A stretch of 21,445 nt of DNA from Promethearchaeota archaeon (lineage in GTDB: Archaea; Asgardarchaeota; Lokiarchaeia; Sigyniarchaeales; SOKP01), in the NCBI GenBank assembly GCA_048939995.1, contig JBHLOY010000026.1, positions 1 through 21,445 of the forward strand, in the 5' to 3' direction. This document shows positions 15,999 to 21,445 of this stretch, in pieces. The first letter of the stretch is position 1; each line of letters starts with the position of its first letter. Position numbers and translations under genes: made by a program. The notes beneath the pieces are model-generated. The model made no database searches. It saw only the letters and a list, made by a program, of their open reading frames with translations, and was not told the DNA's origin.

Positions 15999-17588
15999 TT
16001 ATTCTAATCCTGAAGTTTTAGATCCTTTCGCATTAATAATTCTATCAACTCTTAATATTAAATTTGCCAGTTCACTTCCTGACTTTAAGACATGATTTAT
16101 TAATGCTGCAGGTTCAACGATACCCTTTTTAAAGTTGTCCCCTATTGTATTAGTAATTGTATCTATTCCAATCCATTTGTCTTCCCCAGTTTTGTGTTTA
16201 GCTCTTAATTCAGTCATTTTTTCGATCTCATCTAATCCAGCATTCTTAATTAATGTTATTGGGATTTCTTCTAATGCCAATGCGAATGCCGTAATTGCAA
16301 GTTGTTCTTTTCCACTGACCTGATTTGCATATTCCCTCAATCGTTTTGCTAGCTCGACATAAATGGCGCCTCCACCAGCTACAATTTTTTTAGTATCTAA
16401 AGTTTTTGCGATAACCGATAAAACATCATGTAAAGTTATTTCTGCTGTGTTTAGTATTTTTTCTAAACCTCCCTTCAATAAGATTGAGACGGATTTTGGA
16501 TTTTTACAGCCAGAAAGTATTGTGTAATCATCTTTATCTAACTTTTCAAATTTAACAGTAGCAGCATATCCAAGATCGTCTTCTGATAATGAGGTTAGGT
16601 CATCAACTTGTTTTGCACCCACTGCCTTTAGTACTGCTTTTAAATCATCTTCTCCAACATTTTTTATAGCTGCTATATCTTCTCGAGCGAGATAAGCACC
16701 AAATTTATCAGAAATGTCCTGGCTGTTAATTATGAGATTTACTCCTGCTTCTTTAAAAATATTTAAATAATCTATCAAGATTTTCTCTTCTTGGTCTAGG
16801 AATCGTTGAATGTCTGAAGGACTAGAAATCTGAATTTGAGCATCAAACTCTGTTTTCACAACATCAAGCTTTCTTCTTATTACAGCAATTTTTGCATCTT
16901 TAATTATTTCAGGCATAGAAGAATTGACTTTCTCTTTCTGTAGATAAATACCGTTTACTAGTTCTGATTCTTTAAGAGATTTTCCGGGCGCCTTTACAAT
17001 TTTTACATTATTAACTTTTGAAAATGTTTTGCCTTCCTCATCTCTTATATGATTAATAGCTTTTAAAGCTAAATCTGCGAAAAAATCTCTTAAACCGACA
17101 ACATCCTTCGAATTCATTGATGTTTTAGCTATATCCTTAAGAACTTTTTCATCAGAGATAGAAATTTCTTCAGAAATGTCATTTAGAATGGAAAGTGCTT
17201 TATTTGCCGCTAATCTATAACCATGTGTAATAGGTTTTGGATGAATATCCTGGTCTATAAGATCTAAAGCATTAGCTAATAATGCAGCAGAAAAAATTAC
17301 TGCTGTTGTAGTTCCATCTCCAATTTCTTCATCAATTGCCTTTGCTACATTTACCATCATATTCGCTGCAACATTTTCTATATCAAGATTTTTTAAAATC
17401 TCAGCCCCATCATTAGTAATCGTTACATCTCCCATAGAATCAACAAGCATCTTATTCATTCCCTTTGGACCGAGAGTGGACCTAACTGTTTCGGTAATGC
17501 CCATCATCGCTTTGATATTTTGATTTCTAGCTTCTTTCTCACGTACTTGCTCAGTACCCTCTTTTAAAATCAATATTGGTACAGACAT
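15999..17588 (-). CDS. ths: Thermosome subunit (group II chaperonin)
   Basis: [34 protein letters not shown], helical protrusion [15 protein letters not shown] and LILRVD. Confidence 0.95.
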   Translation of the reverse strand: MSVPILILKEGTEQVREKEARNQNIKAMMGITETVRSTLGPKGMNKMLVDSMGDVTITNDGAEILKNLDIENVAANMMVNVAKAIDEEIGDGTTTAVIFSAALLANALDLIDQDIHPKPITHGYRLAANKALSILNDISEEISISDEKVLKDIAKTSMNSKDVVGLRDFFADLALKAINHIRDEEGKTFSKVNNVKIVKAPGKSLKESELVNGIYLQKEKVNSSMPEIIKDAKIAVIRRKLDVVKTEFDAQIQISSPSDIQRFLDQEEKILIDYLNIFKEAGVNLIINSQDISDKFGAYLAREDIAAIKNVGEDDLKAVLKAVGAKQVDDLTSLSEDDLGYAATVKFEKLDKDDYTILSGCKNPKSVSILLKGGLEKILNTAEITLHDVLSVIAKTLDTKKIVAGGGAIYVELAKRLREYANQVSGKEQLAITAFALALEEIPITLIKNAGLDEIEKMTELRAKHKTGEDKWIGIDTITNTIGDNFKKGIVEPAALINHVLKSGSELANLILRVDRIINAKGSKTSGLE

Positions 17589-17659
17589 CTATTATTCACT
17601 TTGATCTTATTGTTTTGAATTTTTTAATATCACGTGATTAAAGAATTTTATGATTTAGA

Positions 17660-17746
17660 GATCATTATAAAAACTAATCGAATTTTTTGTGTAAAATTGA
17701 AATTTTTTTAATTACAAATGGTAAGTTATAAATATTGTTCACAATA
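17660..17746. promoter_or_regulatory. Divergent archaeal promoter region (ths / lrp)
   Basis: TTTTATAA on - at about 17664-17671 (ths) and TTATAAAT on + at 17726-17733 (lrp). The latter is followed by the palindrome TATTGT-TC-ACAATA. Confidence 0.45.
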
Positions 17747-17793
17747 AATTATATTGAATTCCTATTATTTTATACATTTATACCGAGTCAAAA

Positions 17794-18255
17794 ATGAAAA
17801 AAGAAAAAATTTTAGATGATATTGATAGAAGCATAATTCGAATTCTTCAAGAAAATGCTAAAACTTCTTATCGTGAAATTCATGATGCTCTTGGAATTTC
17901 CATTGGAACGATTCATAATCGCTTAACTAAGTTAGAGAGTAATGGTATTATTGAAGGTTATACATTAAAATTAAATAATGAAAAACTTGGGTATAAACTG
18001 ATATTTTTAATAAGAATCCAAATAGATGGGAAACATACAACAGAAATTTTAAATGATATTAAACAAATACCTGAAGTGTGTTCAATATTTCATACCACAG
18101 GAGAACAATCTGCTTGCTTAATATGCCGGTTTAAAGAAGCTGAAGATGTTCATAATTTTATTAGGGAATTGAATGAGAAGCCTTATGTTACAAAGACCAT
18201 TTCAAATATGGTTCTTAAGGAATATAAGAATTCTTCATCGATAATTGGTCTTTAA
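17794..18255 (+). CDS. Lrp/AsnC family transcriptional regulator
   Basis: LDDIDRSIIRILQENAK.SYREI...LGISIGTIHNRL.KLE..GII.GY HTH, plus a RAM domain containing TTGE. Confidence 0.94.
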   Translation: MKKEKILDDIDRSIIRILQENAKTSYREIHDALGISIGTIHNRLTKLESNGIIEGYTLKLNNEKLGYKLIFLIRIQIDGKHTTEILNDIKQIPEVCSIFHTTGEQSACLICRFKEAEDVHNFIRELNEKPYVTKTISNMVLKEYKNSSSIIGL

Positions 18256-18257
18256 AA

Positions 18258-18494
18258 GGTTATTCTTCTTTATCACTAGCTTTTTTAAATTTACGAGCAT
18301 ATGTAATACGCAACGAGCTTCATGAAGTTGATGATGAGTCCATAAAAATTTTAGGACCTAAACATAGTATTCCAGGAATATTTATCAGTGCCTTATCAAT
18401 CTTATTCTCATTCGTAAATGTCTACATTTTTTTAGCTTGCTTCTTTTTAGTTCCTGCATTATATTTTGTTCCTGAAATAGTTCGTATAAAATAG
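18258..18494 (+). pseudogene. 5'-truncated membrane protein gene remnant, resembling the C-terminus of TMEM175/DUF1211 channels
   Basis: Open frame with no ATG: GYSSLSLAFLNLRAYVIRNELHEVDDESIKILGPKHSIPGIFISALSILFSFVNVYIFLACFFLVPALYFVPEIVRIK, then TAG. An in-frame TAA lies upstream at 18225-18227, inside the lrp gene. The family call is by eye. Confidence 0.55.
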
Positions 18495-18579
18495 AATATA
18501 ATCAAGAATAACTAAGTTATATGTATGGAAATATTTGAATCTGAAACCTTACATTAAAGTCTATTTCCTTTACCTGCTT

Positions 18580-18939
18580 TCATTCTTTATCTTCATTTGT
18601 CATTCTATTAATCTGTATCGTGCCTGACATATTTTTGATATGCTCACCACCTGATATGACATTTCCCAACTCATATAAACCGCTTGCATACCCAAAACTA
18701 TCATAAAACAGTACCACGTCTCCCCAGGGCGCATAATATGCAAGCGTCCCAGAGTGTGCATTTGCCAAAGGTGTACCAGTTGTATCAAGTTTTTTTGGTG
18801 GATAAAAGATCTTTTCATTGTTGCCGTAATTTTCAACGCTAATCGTTAAGGGCAACTGTTCATAGAGTTCTTTGGAAGCTTGGCTGTTATTGAGCACAAA
18901 TACTATTGTATTGCCATTCGTTTGTATATTAATTTGCAT
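18580..18939 (-). CDS. Cyclophilin-like fold protein (Cyclophil_like2-type)
   Basis: L.NSQAS..L..QLPL....YGNNEKIFYPPKKL...GTLAYYAPWGDVVLFY...LYELG matches this family pattern. Confidence 0.85.
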   Translation of the reverse strand: MQINIQTNGNTIVFVLNNSQASKELYEQLPLTISVENYGNNEKIFYPPKKLDTTGTPLANAHSGTLAYYAPWGDVVLFYDSFGYASGLYELGNVISGGEHIKNMSGTIQINRMTNEDKE

Positions 18940-19040
18940 TTTTATTTTCCCCTAATTTTGAGTTCTTTTATCTCAGAATGTAAATAAAGTTCTTTGTGGT
19001 TGTTTTCACAATCTTAAAATGCTTAATATGTAAATAAATC

Positions 19041-19055
19041 TTATAAATATTCGAG
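19041..19055 (-). promoter_or_regulatory. BRE/TATA promoter candidate for the cyclophilin-like gene
   Basis: The minus strand reads CGAATA-TTTATAAG, about 100 nt upstream of the ATG. Confidence 0.45.
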
Positions 19056-19074
19056 TCAACTATAAACAGCTTTT

Positions 19075-19779
19075 TTAATCGTCTTTTAAATTTACTTCCT
19101 CTATTCGTTTAGCTGTTTCATGTACCATTTCTCGTATTTTTCTCCTATTTAAAGTCTCCATTGTATCAATTTCATTTATAATCACATCTAAACAATCTGT
19201 CGCAGTTTTAAACTTTTCCGTTCTTTTTTCAATTATCTCTAACATTTCCCTTTGCCAATCCCTGAGACTTTTGAAAAAAATCATTGCATCTTCGATTGTT
19301 TCAAATTCCTTTATTTTACGTTTTAACATATGTTCCATACCCTTCACTGGATTTATTTCTGCTAGAGTTCCAAAAATGTTCGCCCATTTTAACTTAAGAT
19401 CCTCTAAAAATTTCTTACCCTCGAGAGTGATTAGATAAAATTTGTTAGATCTCCCATCAATAATTTCTTCATTTGCTTTTAAATAACCTTTCTCTTCTAA
19501 ATCTTGGAGAGTTCGTACAAGTGTTCCTCTAGGAAGATGGTATTTTTCTTGTAACTTATAGCCAGTTATTCCCTCTATATGCTCTGAGATTATTAATAAT
19601 AACATATAATCTCTTATTTCCTGAAAAGATTCTCTGCCTATAGGAATAGGTGTTCTTGAATAACCCACGGGATAAGGAGGCAATTGTCCAAAAGGAGGAG
19701 GTCCGCGAAATGGGGGTTGAGAGGAAGATCTATGTTTTTCTGGAGGATTTTGTCTCATAAATCCATTACTCTGCTCCAA
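19075..19779 (-). CDS. PadR-family winged-helix regulator with Pro-rich N-terminal extension and helical C-terminus
   Basis: LLLIISE..GITGYKL...RGTL..TL.DLEEKGYL...GRSNKFYLIT.EGKKFL......W. TTG start, or ATG at codon 8. TTTATATA lies upstream at about 19815-19822. Confidence 0.85.
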   Translation of the reverse strand: MEQSNGFMRQNPPEKHRSSSQPPFRGPPPFGQLPPYPVGYSRTPIPIGRESFQEIRDYMLLLIISEHIEGITGYKLQEKYHLPRGTLVRTLQDLEEKGYLKANEEIIDGRSNKFYLITLEGKKFLEDLKLKWANIFGTLAEINPVKGMEHMLKRKIKEFETIEDAMIFFKSLRDWQREMLEIIEKRTEKFKTATDCLDVIINEIDTMETLNRRKIREMVHETAKRIEEVNLKDD

Positions 19780-19943
19780 TAAATTTTAAATTTTTTCTGA
19801 ACACTTCTTATAACCTATATAAATTGTAAAATTGTATTTGACCAATTGTGCATATTTTCGCTACTATAAATATTCAATTCTTTCATATTCAGAAATTATC
19901 AAAGTATTAAATTATTTCATTAGATTATAAAAAAATTGGAACA

Positions 19944-20684
19944 TTAAATTTTTAATTCGAATGTGTCATAAGCAGAAAGGGTGGCTTTAAATATCGGTTT
20001 TGCTTTATCTACAGCCTTCTTTCGCGATTCTAAAGTTGGAAATAAACTGGCATCGAAATGAGTAAGTATTAACCTTTTAACATTAGATTTCAGTGCGACA
20101 GTGGCAATTTCTTCAGGCTTTAAATGTGCCCACCCCCATTCTTCTTGACCTAATTTATAAGAACATTCACTTATTAGTAGATCTGCGTTATTTGATAACT
20201 CATAAAGTGCATCGCAGACTCCTGTATCCGTACAATATGAGATAATCTTTTTCTCTAACTTGATCCTAAATCCTAAGCATTTATCTGAATGAATTAAAAG
20301 CCTACAGGAAAACGGAATAGGATTATCATAATCTTTCTCCTCAATTTCCAAAATTTCGATTTCATAAGGAACTTCTTCAAACGGAGAAGTATAAGGATGC
20401 TTGATTATAGTATTTAGATCCTCCTTAGTTCCCTTATAACCAATTATTTCCACATTTTGTTTAAACCTAAATTTATTGAGAACATGAAGACCTATTATAT
20501 GGTCTAGATGTACGTGACTGAGAAATAAAATGATTGGCTTATCTTCCTTAACGTACTCATCTATTTTATGGAGACCATCCCCTGCATCAAGAATGACATA
20601 ATGATCATTTGAATCAATCAATGTGGAAGTTGTATTATTAAAAGTTGAGTACCAACCATTAGTTCCTAGGAAAATTATCCTCAA
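19944..20684 (-). CDS. RNase Z/BN-like MBL-fold metallo-hydrolase (short form, no obvious long exosite)
   Basis: FLGTNG, LDAGDG, SHVHLDH, YCTDT, ADLLISEC, AHL and LILTHF. TTG start. Confidence 0.88.
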   Translation of the reverse strand: MRIIFLGTNGWYSTFNNTTSTLIDSNDHYVILDAGDGLHKIDEYVKEDKPIILFLSHVHLDHIIGLHVLNKFRFKQNVEIIGYKGTKEDLNTIIKHPYTSPFEEVPYEIEILEIEEKDYDNPIPFSCRLLIHSDKCLGFRIKLEKKIISYCTDTGVCDALYELSNNADLLISECSYKLGQEEWGWAHLKPEEIATVALKSNVKRLILTHFDASLFPTLESRKKAVDKAKPIFKATLSAYDTFELKI

Positions 20685-20725
20685 TTTCTCACAACTCTTT
20701 CTAAAAACTCATATACCCATCGAAT

Positions 20726-21445
20726 CTATAGCGGTGGAAGTCCCAAGAGCATTTTGCCTACCATCTCTTTTAGCTTCTCGGAAGTGGAAAAATGCAGGGT
20801 GAGACCTCTGGCATCGCGGTAGTGACGCTCGAGCGGGAACTCCCGACTATAACCAGCACCTCCATGCACCTGCAAAGCCATATTAGCTACATCAATCGCC
20901 ATCTCGGTCGCGTTAAGTTTGGCCATGTATAAAGGGAGTGGCGAAGGTGGTTGCTGGCTATCTATCTGCCGGGCGGCGGAGTAGGTCAATTCTCTTGATG
21001 CCATCAGCGCCGTTGTCATCTCTGCAATCATAAACTGAATACTCTGATAGCTGGAAATGGGCTTCTCACCATTTTGCCTTGTCTTGGCATGTTCGGTAGC
21101 AGCATCGACTGCAGCCTGGGCAATCCCTAGTGATATAGCTGCCATGCCCAGCATAGCATGGCTAGCATATGCCGGACCGACACTCATATAACCGTTCTCA
21201 GGTCCCAGAAGATTCGTTTTGGGCACCCGGCAGTTTTTGAATATCAAATCTCCATTGGAGGCGCCACATAACCCCATAAAATCTGACTTCTTGCCAAAAT
21301 AGAAGCCGGGAGTACCTTTCTCGATGATAACGGCAGATAGGTCTAGGGGTGTTGTCGCTCCATCGGTGCGGAGTACGACAATGTAAACTTGTGCTTGTTC
21401 AGCTCCTGTTATTAAGGTCTTCGTTCCATTTACAATGAAACTGTC
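20726..21445 (-). CDS. Acyl-CoA dehydrogenase-fold flavoprotein (partial; 5' end lies beyond the window)
   Basis: The frame is open to the window edge (DSFIVNGTKTLITGA...EKGTPGF..GK...MGL), so the ATG at 21277 is internal. Contains F.NCRVP..NLLG, AAISLGIAQAA, QSIQFMIAEM, MAKL and QVHGGAGY..EFPLERHYRDAR. Confidence 0.9.
   Translation of the reverse strand, partial: DSFIVNGTKTLITGAEQAQVYIVVLRTDGATTPLDLSAVIIEKGTPGFYFGKKSDFMGLCGASNGDLIFKNCRVPKTNLLGPENGYMSVGPAYASHAMLGMAAISLGIAQAAVDAATEHAKTRQNGEKPISSYQSIQFMIAEMTTALMASRELTYSAARQIDSQQPPSPLPLYMAKLNATEMAIDVANMALQVHGGAGYSREFPLERHYRDARGLTLHFSTSEKLKEMVGKMLLGLPPL

Noticed and set aside
16135-16323. 62-aa + strand ORF
   Set aside because: Antisense shadow of the thermosome gene.
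18600-18836. 78-aa alternative-frame ORF on the minus strand
   Set aside because: Nested out of frame within the cyclophilin-like gene, whose frame carries the family motifs.
21275-21277. ATG given as the start of the ACAD ORF
   Set aside because: The frame stays open and ACAD-like (NGTKTLIT) to the window edge, so the real start is outside the window.
1-21445. CRISPR arrays, tRNA/rRNA genes, transposases or integrases
   Set aside because: No regularly spaced repeats, GC-rich structured RNA segments or recombinase motifs were seen by eye. A covariance-model search was not possible.

Overview
AT-rich (roughly 30% GC by eye) archaeal chromosomal segment. Gene content (group II chaperonin, Lrp/AsnC regulators, TATA/BRE promoters, stand-alone 7TM protein, small GTPase) suggests Lokiarchaeia/Asgard archaea; this is inference only. 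The centrepiece is a tightly coupled minus-strand operon, hdrA-hdrA'-mvhD (one 1162-aa fusion) - hdrC - hdrB - metV - metF. It is an archaeal version of the Hdr-linked, putatively electron-bifurcating methylene-THF reductase known from the acetogen Moorella thermoacetica, and is followed by an Lrp gene. Flanking genes encode a 7TM membrane protein, an MBL hydrolase, an HLD-I haloalkane dehalogenase, a SWIM-finger protein, PepD, a small GTPase with a natural Gln-to-Leu change and a winged-helix tail, GTP-PEPCK, a divergent thermosome subunit and a second Lrp. The right end (about 18.3-21.4 kb) looks accessory: an unannotated TMEM175-like gene remnant, a cyclophilin-like gene, PadR, an RNase Z-like MBL and a ~50% GC acyl-CoA-dehydrogenase-fold gene lacking the catalytic Glu. 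No rRNA, tRNA, CRISPR array or transposase was recognised.
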